Positions 49,093 through 59,497 of a stretch of 64,000 nucleotides of DNA are shown piece after piece (the first letter of the stretch is position 1; every line of letters starts with the position of its first letter). Made by a program: the position numbers and the translations under genes. This stretch comes from Balanoglossus misakiensis (taxonomy: Eukaryota; Animalia; Hemichordata), in the NCBI GenBank assembly GCA_040954595.2, contig CM082590.2, positions 5,952,001-6,016,000 of the forward strand, read 5' to 3'. The notes below the pieces were generated by a model. The model was not told the origin of the DNA. It did no database searches and saw nothing but the letters and a program-made list of their open reading frames with translations.

Positions 49093-50812
49093 TCGATTTG
49101 GAATGTATGGTCTTTTGTGCGGGATAATGGAGGATTTACAAGCATTGTCCTCTTATACAATTATCTATCGTTTATTGCATAATTACAGAAGGAAGAAAGT
49201 ATACCAAACCTATGTGCTAAAATTGCTGACAAGAAGCAGAGGTGGCTAAAAAACAAGAAGTTCCCTGTTCTCTACTGGACGAAATATGTGGAAAGAGTTC
49301 AGGAGATTGATAAATATGTTCAAGACCCATTTCTGAGGATAGCTACATCGTACCTGGAAAGCATTGGCGAGGTAACACCATCAATTCATCCACTGATCAG
49401 ACCATATATCTATGGCCTTCAACCATCATTCATTCATTCAGTCAGTCAGTCAGTCAGTCAGTCAGTCATCTTGCCTTCTCATCTCATTGATCAATACATT
49501 ATTTCTTTCAATCAACTTTTGTTAACATCTGAAGTTTATTTCATTGTCTTCTTGTTTGTTGCAGATTATCTTTGTCAAGAATCCACTTGGTGATGATATC
49601 ATTGTTCTTGATGGTCAATGGTTGTGTTCAGAAATCTTAGGTCGACTGATGGCAACTGATATATTCGTTCAATACAGCGACAAACTGCTGAAAAATCAGA
49701 AGTTCTATCACGAGAAAGAAATTGCTCGAGTATTCAGTGGTTACGGTGATACCAACTTAGTCATGGCTCTTCTCAAGCATTTTGAGCTTCTCCATGAAGA
49801 TGAGTCCAATCCAAAATCTTACATCATCCCTGGACTCTTGGAAGATAAAATGCCATCAAATCAATGGGAATCGGATCCCACTAAGCATCACTATTTTGGT
49901 AGAAGAATCGAATGCCATGATGAAACAGACAGCTTCACACCAGGTTTGTTCCCACGCCTACAGACCAGGCTCTGCCGTCACTTTGAGGAAATGGGTTACC
50001 CTCCCAGTGGAATATGGAAGAATGGTATCAAAGTCTGCCGCATCGTAGAAGGATTGGTGTACATGACAGATGGATGGACGGCAATCCACACCTGTGTCAG
50101 AGCAGAAAAGGGAGAAGACATAGGGGCATGTTACCAGTTACTGGAAATGGTGACCAATGATATCTATGACGTCATAGAGATCTGCTGTCCGGGTATCGAG
50201 GTCGACACCCATATTCTCAGCGCCCACTCGCTGCGAATTCACAGCAACCCAGAGAATGTAAGATTCTACCCAATGCAGAAAATCACAGAAGCTGAGCAGA
50301 ATGGAAGTGGAGTGTATGATGAGCAAATAGGTCAAGAAGAAGCTGTCACTGACTTGCTCTGTGCTGGATATGATACCACATTCCTCCGTAAATATGGATA
50401 TGAAAGTGATGTCAAGTGGATGCTGAAGGATGCCCTCAAGATATTTTCTAATATCATGGATATCATCCGGTTCTCCGGCAATGACTACAGGGCTATGGCA
50501 GACTTGATGGGGATCCCTCAAATGGAGGTGGCTTCATGGCAACACAGTGCATCGATTCAATCTCCCACACAACATGCTTTATCTGTTTGGTCCAAGGGCT
50601 GTGGAGGACAACAACATGCAGGCCAACAGCCAACTGCAGATAACAAATTCTGTAAGAGCAATTTTTCCAACCTGGTTAAAATTCTTGAGCAAGAAAGTTG
50701 TGATGTCTACGCTGCCAGAGAAGAAATACATGAGATGTTCCGAAAACTTGGTGTGTCAGCTGATCATCATGGTGTTGAAGGTGACATGGCTCATCTACAT
50801 CTAACGTCCTGA
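26821..50812 (+). CDS. Ankyrin-Roc-COR-death domain protein (DAPK1-like ROCO lacking kinase); join(26821-26850,29089-29187,31161-31259,32694-32792,36310-36408,39809-39907,42288-42386,44818-44874,45688-45816,46157-46450,47302-47449,47942-48090,49189-49371,49565-50812), about 943 aa
   Basis: Phases are consistent and the total of 2832 nt is 944 codons. Six ANK repeats plus a C-cap; Roc P-loop GFGGVGKT, TPGID, DFAGQ, ILIASRAD; COR motifs YLESIGE, VLDGQWLC, PGLFPRLQ, IWKNG; C-terminal death-like domain (GNDYRAMADLMG...SPTQHALSVW...NFSNLVKILEQ). Confidence 0.88.
27287..27789. mobile_element. Non-autonomous element with about 110-bp TIRs
   Basis: ACGATACTGAAGTAAGACTCGG... is the reverse complement of ...CCGAGTCTTACTTCAGTATCGT. 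Confidence 0.7.
27808..28264. mobile_element. Non-autonomous DNA transposon, about 155-bp TIRs, TAG...CTA termini, 9-bp TSD
   Basis: TATATGGGG is repeated at 27799-27807 and 28265-28273; the TIRs are near-perfect. Confidence 0.85.
29089..29187 (+). CDS. ANK-ROCO exon 2, ankyrin repeat 1 (N-cap like)
   Basis: 99 nt; VLIKAAENGDVARIRSLIADGYDVNAKGAFLGR; AG/GTAAGT boundaries. Confidence 0.88.
31161..31259 (+). CDS. ANK-ROCO exon 3, ankyrin repeat 2
   Basis: 99 nt; AGATALHAAANKNKLEAAQVLIDHGADVNAKDE. Confidence 0.93.
32164..32856 (+). repeat. Ankyrin-exon cassette copy 1 (intron-exon 4-intron)
   Basis: Directly repeated at 41783-42451. Confidence 0.9.
32694..32792 (+). CDS. ANK-ROCO exon 4, ankyrin repeat 3
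   Basis: 99 nt; GGRVPLHYAAGNGDGDVVRLLLQSNASIDVQTN. Confidence 0.9.
33780..34600 (+). repeat. Intronic repeat R (copies at about 40683-41550, 43050-43600 and 43770-44150)
   Basis: Shared blocks, e.g. GGGGATTAAACCTGACAG...ATGAAATCATCTAGTGTAGG and TTCATGCCGAGTGCTGAGTTCTGTGTTGGGTTGTG. Confidence 0.8.
35483..35575. repeat. (TTG)n(ATG)n microsatellite
   Basis: Direct reading. Confidence 0.95.
36310..36408 (+). CDS. ANK-ROCO exon 5, ankyrin repeat 4
   Basis: 99 nt; DGDTPIHRAAEWGQEGAALLLLKAKCSVNIQNK. Confidence 0.9.
39809..39907 (+). CDS. ANK-ROCO exon 6, ankyrin repeat 5 (GC donor)
   Basis: 99 nt; DGNTPLHRATRKDRVNIVRLLLEYKADVNIQNK; donor position reads GCAAGT. Confidence 0.82.
41783..42451 (+). 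repeat. Ankyrin-exon cassette copy 2 (intron-exon 7-intron)
   Basis: About 95% identical to copy 1 in the exon-flanking intron sequence. Confidence 0.9.
42288..42386 (+). CDS. ANK-ROCO exon 7, ankyrin repeat 6 (paralog of exon 4)
   Basis: 99 nt; IGRAPLHWAALEGHGDIVRLLLQSNASIDVQDT. Confidence 0.9.
42452..42749 (+). repeat. Cassette copy 3, upstream-intron part only, no exon
   Basis: Matches about 32310-32619; stops at a TTAA where a family B MITE begins. Confidence 0.85.
44818..44874 (+). CDS. ANK-ROCO exon 8, ankyrin C-cap
   Basis: YEKTPMDYADDRRVKSLLK; acceptor CTTACAG, donor AAG|GTAATA. Confidence 0.82.
45688..45816 (+). CDS. ANK-ROCO exon 9, Roc P-loop
   Basis: RVHVCGFGGVGKTTLVKSL (GxxxxGKT). 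Confidence 0.92.
46157..46450 (+). CDS. ANK-ROCO exon 10, Roc switch I/II
   Basis: TPTPGIDV and MDFAGQCEYYVTHNMFL, matching the Roc consensus. Confidence 0.93.
47095..47266. repeat. (ATTA)n/(GATT)n microsatellite
   Basis: Direct reading. Confidence 0.9.
47302..47449 (+). CDS. ANK-ROCO exon 11, Roc G4
   Basis: WAQFFK...PTVILIASRAD; donor G|GTAAGT, phase 1. Confidence 0.88.
47942..48090 (+). CDS. ANK-ROCO exon 12, end of Roc
   Basis: KFGNYLNIVDETVLLNCHDSQSEAMGRLR; donor AAG|GTGAGT. Confidence 0.88.
48181..49093. repeat. (TATG)n microsatellite, about 0.9 kb, in ROCO intron 12
   Basis: Direct reading; it is the source of the spurious MYVC/HTYI ORFs. Confidence 0.98.
49189..49371 (+). CDS. ANK-ROCO exon 13, start of COR
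   Basis: IPNLC...FPVLYWTKYVERV...LRIATSYLESIGE. Confidence 0.88.
49565..50812 (+). CDS. ANK-ROCO exon 14, COR plus death-like domain
   Basis: Long ORF 49544-50812 with DAPK-like COR motifs; death-like domain at about 50430-50745. Confidence 0.93.
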   Translation: MIFVKNPLGDDIIVLDGQWLCSEILGRLMATDIFVQYSDKLLKNQKFYHEKEIARVFSGYGDTNLVMALLKHFELLHEDESNPKSYIIPGLLEDKMPSNQWESDPTKHHYFGRRIECHDETDSFTPGLFPRLQTRLCRHFEEMGYPPSGIWKNGIKVCRIVEGLVYMTDGWTAIHTCVRAEKGEDIGACYQLLEMVTNDIYDVIEICCPGIEVDTHILSAHSLRIHSNPENVRFYPMQKITEAEQNGSGVYDEQIGQEEAVTDLLCAGYDTTFLRKYGYESDVKWMLKDALKIFSNIMDIIRFSGNDYRAMADLMGIPQMEVASWQHSASIQSPTQHALSVWSKGCGGQQHAGQQPTADNKFCKSNFSNLVKILEQESCDVYAAREEIHEMFRKLGVSADHHGVEGDMAHLHLTS

Positions 50813-53800
50813 GATGATGACATCAACATCTCAGAAGCAGACCAATGAGACGTCAGTATAACAATTTCTGGTTTGTATTGCAAAGGATGGCAGTATTTCC
50901 ATGAAAATTGTTGCAATGTCTTCGAATTTAACTGAGTAACGGAATTGGTGTGTGCAAGTGAAAAGTTCCCAACACACAAACAGTAATTATCCCCGCAGAG
51001 AAAATGAAGCCAATACACCAAACCACCCTCCAACCATGACTGTCTTCTCAATAACAAAGCCAGCCTGTGTAATGTCACACGGACAGTGATCATATATTTA
51101 GCTGTGGAACAATTGTGAATGAAAACTGTATGTTAAAGGCACATTGGTTTACTATCTTGCAGCAGTTATAAATTCCAGTAAAATTCCAGTCTTTAGTGGA
51201 TAACAAAAGGGCCGAAGATAATAGTCTGTTTACAGAGGTTCCAGGTTTATAGATATTCCTGTAACATGTGGTTCTCAATGAAAGAGAATTGACAATGTAT
51301 TCTGGTTACACTTATTTTTAGCGGATTGGCTAGGGTTTGCTGTACTTGAAATAATATAAAATAATCCAAGTGTGGCCCAATGGTAGAATCGATAGTTGTA
51401 GTACCAATAGAACATATCTACCCATATGATGCTGACACAAAATGAAGTACTTGTATGTGATACTCAAGGATCATTATCGCTCTAAGTGACGTTTTGTGCA
51501 TAGAATAGTGACATATAATCATTAGAATTACTGTGTTTGATGTTTTTGTTTTGACTAGAAATGATGTTTATTCAAGTATTATTATCACAGTATATGTGAT
51601 ATATCTTTTAGCCATGAATATGCTTTGTGTTTCAGCCGGACATATGTGATGTGTGTTTAAATGTAAGTTTTGAGTACTAGTGACAAGGTTAGCTGTACAA
51701 ACGAATGGGTTTTGTATAATGTGAAGGAAAATGCAAGCATCTCAAATGACAAGATTGTTGGTGCTGACAATACGGGCCAACACATTCAGTTAGTAAGTTT
51801 TATTCTAATACATGTAGCCTCATTTAAAATATTCATTTGTGTAAAGATTACAGTCACATTTCCTTATTTTTTGGTATGGTTATAGTTGAAGGGAAAGTTT
51901 ACTTTTCATAATGTAGAAAATCATCCACAAAACAATGTATTACAAATTGCTTTAGTTCAAAACATGTTTGGTTGTTTTCTTTGCTTGAATGCACCATCTC
52001 GAAATTTGTAAGCAGATCAAACTTTTTAATTTCAGTACCACTCAGCTCAAAAATAACATTTCTGTGATTCTTAAAACCCCACTCTTCTGGGTATATTAAT
52101 AAGAATGATAGTGTTTTAAGATTTCTACATAAACTAATAAAGAATACAGGTTGATATTTCAATTATTGATGACATGTATTTGAAGAATTCATTCCAATAT
52201 TGGCAATTTTGTGTGAATAAAATTGAGACAATATTTTCAGAATTTGTTTGCACTATATTCATTTTAAGCGAAAAATAATTTTAAAATCTAATTATGTAAA
52301 ACCTTTTGTTGGAAAGCCTTATTCATATACACTTTCAATGTTCTATGATAGGACAATGAATAGCCCATTGGTCATCATTCAAATTGTGTTTCATTTGTTT
52401 GAAATGATTTTCTTTATGTTTTCGCTAAATTATTTGAGGAATAATCTAAGCCCAAATGGATGAAAGTGCACATTGTACAAATAATTTGCGAGGCCAGGGG
52501 CTTAGGGAGCAATTCATGGTTGGGGGGGGGGGGGCAAATGTAACCAACATTCTGGTGGTGAATGACTTACAATAGAAATTTGCATCTTTGAATAAATTAA
52601 AATAATTAAATTAATATTTGAACAAATTAAAATGACATGTCATTACAATGGTTAGTAGAATTGGTAAAGACGGGTTTGGGAGTGGGTGTCCCCCTCCCAT
52701 GTTAGAAAATTGTATTAAATACAGAGCTCAAAGCTGCATTTGAATGAACTCAAAAGCAAATTAACTCAACTCTGTTGGGGAGGACAAATTTAACCTTAAC
52801 CGCTAAAAGTTAGCATTGGTGGGGGGGGGGGGGCAAGTACTCTGCCCAGGTACACAAGGCAATACATGAAAGGTGTGAAAGAATGAAAGGGGTGGGTGTG
52901 GGAAGGGGTGTCCCCCTCTGACATTAGAAAATTTTGTAATATAACAATCTCCAAACCGCAATTTTTTGTCCCTAAAGTTGAGGGGGGAGGGGCAAAAGTA
53001 TTTCTTTGCCCCCCCCCCCCCCCCCACTTCAGCATTGGAGGGGGCGAGTGACCACCCCCCTCCTGGTTCCTACGCCTATGGAGGCGAAGTTGTGGAAATG
53101 TATGTCTGCTTGGGACCATTCTGCAACGCTTTGGGGTATACTTTTGTCACTGTCAGTGTGCCCTCTAAGCCCATATGATGCACCACTGACTCACTGGTGA
53201 CTCAAGGAAATTATCCACAATACATGCAAAGTACAGACTCAGAGAATTTTTTACAAGTCTACAAATTGACTCAAAGCTTTAAAAAATTATGTTTGTTTAG
53301 AAAAAACTGCAGGTAACATTGGCAAGCAGATATGACCTAACCATATATAAATATGGAAATGTAAAAAGAAATAAACTATAGGAACATGCCCAATCAAGTG
53401 TCATGTGTCAAGGCAATCTTACAAGCAGTGCAATCACTGACCTACCACTGGTAGTTAATAAAAGAATAGCTGGTGGTCTCTGTAACAGCTGACCTAGTAA
53501 AGTTATGTAAACATGAATAATGTAAAATCTCAGTGGGGTTTCACCCACCTCATGTAAAGAGTAACTTTCAAAGAAACTGGACAAGTGGCTTAGGAGAAAA
53601 TTTGTTGAAAAAAAAGATAGAAAATTACAAAGAAATTGTGATATCAGAATAGAAGTTCTCATATATGTGTTATGAAACCTGTATCCCAAATTTCAAGAAA
53701 TGATTAAGGACCAAAAACAGCAAAAGTGGCACCAAGAACATAAACTTCACCAATATTTTAAATATCCCTAAGAATTTTCCCACCAAATTTCAAAGTAATC

Positions 53801-54215
53801 TGACAAGCAGTTTCAGAGAAAACGATTTTTGTTCAAAAGTTGCCAAATATTGCCAGAAATTTACAATATCTTACTTCAATCACAAGGAATACACCTACCA
53901 AAATTCAAAGCAATTAGACAATCGGATTCATAGACAAAATTATATTCATGAAAGAAATCAGGTATAATTCATGAACACACTCAAATTTAATGGGCCATCC
54001 CTTAGTTCCCATACTCGATACGTCTGCACCCTTGCTATTCGTAGTCACATGTTTGTCACGTGACCTGCAATGGACCAATAATGTCTCCTCGGTGGTTGCG
54101 GTCACACGGCCTGCTTCACTGCATTCAGGCTCCGCAACTGACAGCTGAATGTAGATCCCTCCCTTTTCGTACTATTAGGGAAATTGGATCGCCATAATCT
54201 ATTGATTTCCATTAA

Positions 54216-55009
54216 GATGGGTCCCTGGGATCTTTTTGCCCGTTGCTATGGGCCTTTGCAGGACATTACACCCCGATTTGGACTAAGCCGTTTTCAGAGT
54301 CTAACAAGGGGCTGGTAACTAGTTGAAAATCTGCACGATTGTGAGCGCGCGCCCCCTGACGCCATTGATATGCAAATTAGCTAGGTCAAATTTCAAAAGC
54401 CTAAGGCTTTTTATTCCGTGACCTCAAAACGAACTTGATACGTATTCATTAGTTGCTTGAACCAGGGAAGATCGTGACGGATTTTGTTTTCGAATATTAT
54501 CGTTGTATCCTACGATTTCAGCATACCCGTACCACACCTGAAAAAGTCATCGATTTTGGGTGTTTTTGGACGCACTCTTCCACCGGTATCGCTTCTTAGC
54601 ACGACGAAAACCGAAAAAACGATCCGTCACACTGTGCGGAAGTGCGTTCTCAACAAGCAGGTCAAATTTGGCTGGCCTTCGTCGCCTGGGAAAAAAGCCT
54701 TAGGGATTATCGTGAACGGTACAAAATCTCTGTGTACAAAACATTGGATTTTTAGCGTTCGATCCAGTTACTGTGGTTACAGGACGCGCACGCTATCGCT
54801 GACAGCTGCTTTGCCGTATTAGCGTGGCGGCCTATGGCCGGGCGGTAGCTGCCGTAAACATACTCGGACAGGGGGTGTGCACACAATCATGCGTATTTTT
54901 AACTAGTTACAAGCCCCTTGTCGGACGTTCATAACGGTTGCGATCAAAATTGAGTGTAGTGTCCTATAAAGGCCCATAGCAACGAGCAAAAAGATCCCAG
55001 GGACCCATC
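54216..55009. mobile_element. TTAA-target non-autonomous element with long TIRs (Kolobok-like)
   Basis: TTAA|GATGGGTCCCTGGGATCTTTTTGC...GCAAAAAGATCCCAGGGACCCATC|TTAA. Confidence 0.8.
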
Positions 55010-56443
55010 TTAACACGACCCCGGGCCTACTATACACCAATCAAGAAACATTTACACGTCTACAGGTTAATAAATGCGCCCAGAAGTTTTACTTTCAACT
55101 CGGTAATTTGAGTTTTCAATTTAATTTTATGTGCAGGCTGCAAGAGCAAGACTAAGTTAAGAAATCACTTATATATTCATGCAATTATGTTCTACTGCAA
55201 GTTTTGCGTAAATTTTCCAAGGAACTAGCCCCTTCCGTCGCTTGAAATATCATCAACACTGCACTCTGACCTAACCACTATCGACTGCTTTTGATATTTA
55301 CACCGCCATCTGAGCAGACTGGCCCGTCGCTATAACGACGGAACCGAGCTGAAAAACAAGCAACATGAAAAGACCTATGTTGACCCAAGGTTGAACCAGC
55401 ACTGACGCTAGTGCCCCGAACCAGATCTCTAACTCAAGTTGCTAGAGACCCAGAACGCTGAAGTTAGCTTTCCAAAGGCACCTGCGACAACACTTAGTCC
55501 AAGCTCAAGCAACCACAGACCACACCAAAAACCAGTCTAGTCTAGTCCTACAGTACATCATAACACACTTCCCTGGGCGGTAGCTAGTTAGGGCGGCCAG
55601 CGCGGCAGTCAACAACGTGACAGCAGGCAAAGGCTTAATTCATTCACGAATAATTCATCTGGTTCGTTTATACACCAATCTTGAACGCACTCGGCAAATG
55701 TCTGCGGTCGGACGGAACCACACTCTATACCGAAAAACAGCCAAAATTAGTTCACTCGAGCAAATGTGGCCTAGACATTGTCGCGCGCCAGATTGTCTCG
55801 TACTACTTCTACGCATGCTCAGGCAATGACATCCGGGAACGCTGGGTAGGAGGGCTCGTTCAATGTGGTAGTTTCGATCGCTTTGCGCGCCATTGCTATA
55901 TTCACACAAAACTATTCCATCTAGAAGAAGAGCCACTTAAAACATTTATGTAGAACCTCTTTGACCAATTTACTCAAAAGTGTTATCGGTGAAGCATTGT
56001 GGATTGTCATTCTGTAGTCGGTTAATGCATGTATAGTGAAGGGACGGTGGAGGCAGCTTGGATTGCACCATTATCTGGTGGGTTGCGCCGGATTCTGTGA
56101 TAGGGTAAGTGCGCGAGTCGAAGAGTTCCTGCCCAGCTACCATGTGGGCAGTGGTGAGGCTTATCCCTGGGGAGGCATGGCAGCTTACGTAAGGTCGCGT
56201 GTTGATGACATGACCCAAGGTCATTTATCATCCACCGAGAGCGCATGTGCAGCTACAGTGTACATACGGAGAAAGTACGGTGTTTTGGTGTGGGAGGCAC
56301 ATATAATTAGATATTTTACTACACTTCGTGAAAATTAACTCAGGAAAGTAAATATAACAGTTTGCCTTTGTATCAATTACGGTACTGTGACAGGAGTGTC
56401 TGGCATGCTCCGATAGAAATTATGGAATGTTTGGTTAAAGTAA

Positions 56444-57202
56444 GGCTGCATTCACAAACACCTCTGGAGGGGGGGGGGGCAGGAGAATTGAGGGGGGGGG
56501 ATTTGAAAAAATTGAGGGTATGTAAGGGGGGGATTTGAAATAATTTAGGGACTGAAAGGGGGGGACTTGAAAACTTTAACGACTAAATATTTATTTTGAG
56601 TCCACAAAAATGCAGTTTCGCGCCCTTTACACCCACCCCCTCCATTCATCAACACCTTTCAATCATTGACTGGTTTATCTAGTGTCCCAGGTCAGGGGAC
56701 TTGCCCCACCCCATGATAACTTTGAGCGGCGACGGTTAAATTTGTCCTCCCCAGCATACCGGTAGTTGAGTTAATTTGCTTTTGCCGGGTTCATTAAAAT
56801 TCAGCTTTGAGCTCTGTATTTTAGAAAATTTTCTTACGTGGGAGGGGGACACCCCCTCCCAAACCCATCCCCTTCAATTCTCAGTTTACAATGTCTCCCA
56901 ACACAGAATACAAATATATGTACTTAAAAAATAAAAACAATGTTCAGTTTTAATACCCACTGATGAGGGGAAACATCAGTTTCAAATTCTTTTCATGGGA
57001 GCGCTGTTTTTCTTTTTACAAGATAGATAGGCGATGTGTTTTGCTCTGTGAAAGAAAATGGGGGGGGGGATTTCAAAATTTTGGCAGTTCGGATGGGGGG
57101 GATTTGAAAATATTGGCAGTTCGGAAGGGGGCATGTGAAAATTAGCGGTAAAACAAATTGAATTCTCCCGCCCCCCCTCCAGAGGTGTTTGTGAATGCAG
57201 CC
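56444..57202. mobile_element. PIF/Harbinger-type MITE, TAA TSD, copy 1
   Basis: TAA|GGCTGCATTCACAAACACCTCTGGAGG...CCTCCAGAGGTGTTTGTGAATGCAGCC|TAA; the empty site AAAGTAACTGG is present in neighbouring satellite units. Confidence 0.85.
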
Positions 57203-59497
57203 TAACTGGATTACAACTTGATATAGGTAAGTAAACTAATTTCAGTTGATGGCTGGGGAAAGTAATCATGGATGAAAATTTCAGAGCATGGTTTGATGAT
57301 GACCTACCACGTGGGTGGAAAGTACTCCTGCCATGTGGGTGGAAGCCTGCTCCGATAGAAATTATGGAATGTTTGGTTAAAGTAACTGGATTACAACTTG
57401 ATATAGGTAAGTAAACTAATTTCAGTTGATGGCTGGGAAAGTAATCATCGATGAAAATTTCAGAGCATGGTTTGATGATGACCTACCACGTGGGTGGAAA
57501 ATACTCCTGCCATGTCGAAAGAGTTCCTGCCCAGCTACCATGTGGGCAGTGGTGAGGCTTATCCCTGGGGAGGCATGGCAGCTTACGTAAGGTCGCGTGT
57601 TGATGACATGACCCAAGGTCATTTATCATCCACCGAGAGCGCATGTGCAGCTACAGTGTACATACGGAGAAAGTACGGTGTTTTGGTGTGGGAGGCACAT
57701 ATAATTAGATATTTTACTACACTTCGTGAAAATTAACTCAGGAAAGTAAATATAACAGTTTGCCTTTGTATCAATTACGGTACTGTGACAGGAGTGTCTG
57801 GCATGCTCCGATAGAAATTATGGAATGTTTGGTTAAAGTAAGGCTGCATTCACAAACACCTCTGGAGGGGGGGGGGCAGGAGAATTGAGGGGGGGGGATT
57901 TGAAAAAATTGAGGGTATGTAAGGGGGGGATTTGAAATAATTTAGGGACTGAAAGGGGGGGCTTGAAAACTTTAACGACTAAATATTTATTTTGAGTCCA
58001 CAAAAATGCAGTTTCGCGCCCTTTACACCCACCCCCTCCATTCATCAACACCTTTCAATCATTGACTGGTTTATCTAGTGTCCCAGGTCAGGGGACTTGC
58101 CCCACCCCATGATAACTTTGAGCGGCGACGGTTAAATTTGTCCTCCCCAACATACCGGTAGTTGAGTTAATTTGCTTTTGCCGGGTTCATTAAAATTCAG
58201 CTTTGAGCTCTGTATTTTAGAAAATTTTCTTACGTGGGAGGGGGACACCCCCTCCCAAACCCATCCCCTTCAATTCTCAGTTTACAATGTCTCCCAACAC
58301 AGAATACAAATATATGTACTTAAAAAATAAAAACAATGTTCAGTTTTAATACCCACTGATGAGGGGAAACATCAGTTTCAAATTCTTTTCATGGGAGCGC
58401 TGTTTTTCTTTTTACAAGATAGATAGGCGATGTGTTTTGCTCTGTGAAAGAAAATGGGGGGGGGGGGATTTCAAAATTTTGGCAGTTCGGATGGGGGGGA
58501 TTTGAAAATATTGGCAGTTCGGAAGGGGGCATGTGAAAATTAGCGGTAAAACAAATTGAATTCTCCCGCCCCCCCTCCAGAGGTGTTTGTGAATGCAGCC
58601 TAACTGGATTACAACTTGATATAGGTAAGTAAACTAATTTCAGTTGATGGCTGGGGAAAGTAATCATGGATGAAAATTTCAGAGCATGGTTTGATGATGA
58701 CCTACCACGTGGGTGGAAAGTACTCCTGCCATGTGGGTGGAAGCCTGCTCCGATAGAAATTATGGAATGTTTGGTTAAAGTAACTGGATTACAACTTGAT
58801 ATAGGTAAGTAAACTAATTTCAGTTGATGGCTGGGGAAAGTAATCATCGATGAAAATTTCAGAGCATGGTTTGATGATGACCTACCACGTGGGTGGAAAA
58901 TACTCCTGCCATGTGGGTGGAAGCATGCTCCGATAGAAATTATGGAATGATTACTTTCCCCAGCTATCAACTCAAACTAGTTTACTTACCTATATCAAGT
59001 TGTAATCCAGTTACTTTAACCAAACATTCCATAATTTCTATCGGAGCAGGCTTCCACCCACATGGCGGGAGTACTTTCCACCCACGTGGTAGGTCATCAT
59101 CAAACCATGCTCTGAAATTTTCATCCATGATTACTTTCCCCAGCCATCAACTGAAATTAGTTTACTTACCTATATCAAGTTGTAATCCAGTTACTTTAAC
59201 CAAACATTCCATAATTTCTATCGGAGCAGGCTTCCACCCACATGGCAGGAGTATTTTCCACCCACGTGGTAGGTCATCATCAAACCATGCTCTGAAATTT
59301 TCATCCATGATTACTTTCCCTAGCCATCAACTGAATTAGTTTACTTACCTATATCAAGTTGTAATCCAGTTACTTTAACCAAACATTCCATAATTTCTAT
59401 CGGAGCAGGCTTCCACCCACATGGTGGGAGTATTTTCCACCCACGTGGTAGGTCATCATCAAACCATGCTCTGAAATTTTCATCGATGATTACTTTC
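57203..59497. repeat. 180-bp satellite units, + orientation up to 58949 and inverted at 58947-59497
   Basis: Unit TAACTGGATTACAACTTG...GTTTGGTTAAAG at 57203, 57383, 58601 and 58781, followed by about 3 reverse-complement units. Confidence 0.9.
57842..58600. mobile_element. PIF/Harbinger-type MITE, copy 2 (copied by tandem duplication)
   Basis: Near-identical to copy 1, with the same flanks. Confidence 0.85.

Larger units (their letters stand above)
56123..58915 (+). repeat. Tandem duplication, period about 1398 bp
   Basis: GAGTTCCTGCCCAGCTACC starts at both 56123 and 57521, and the two copies are near-identical. Confidence 0.9.

Noticed and set aside
48148-49249. Long ORFs of 130-353 aa (MYVC/HTYI repeats)
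   Set aside because: They are translations of the stop-free (TATG)n microsatellite inside an intron.
57203-59497. Regular repeats considered as a CRISPR-like array; ORFs 58389-58970 and 58893-59339
   Set aside because: There are no unique spacers and no cas genes, the context is eukaryotic, and the ORFs are satellite translations.
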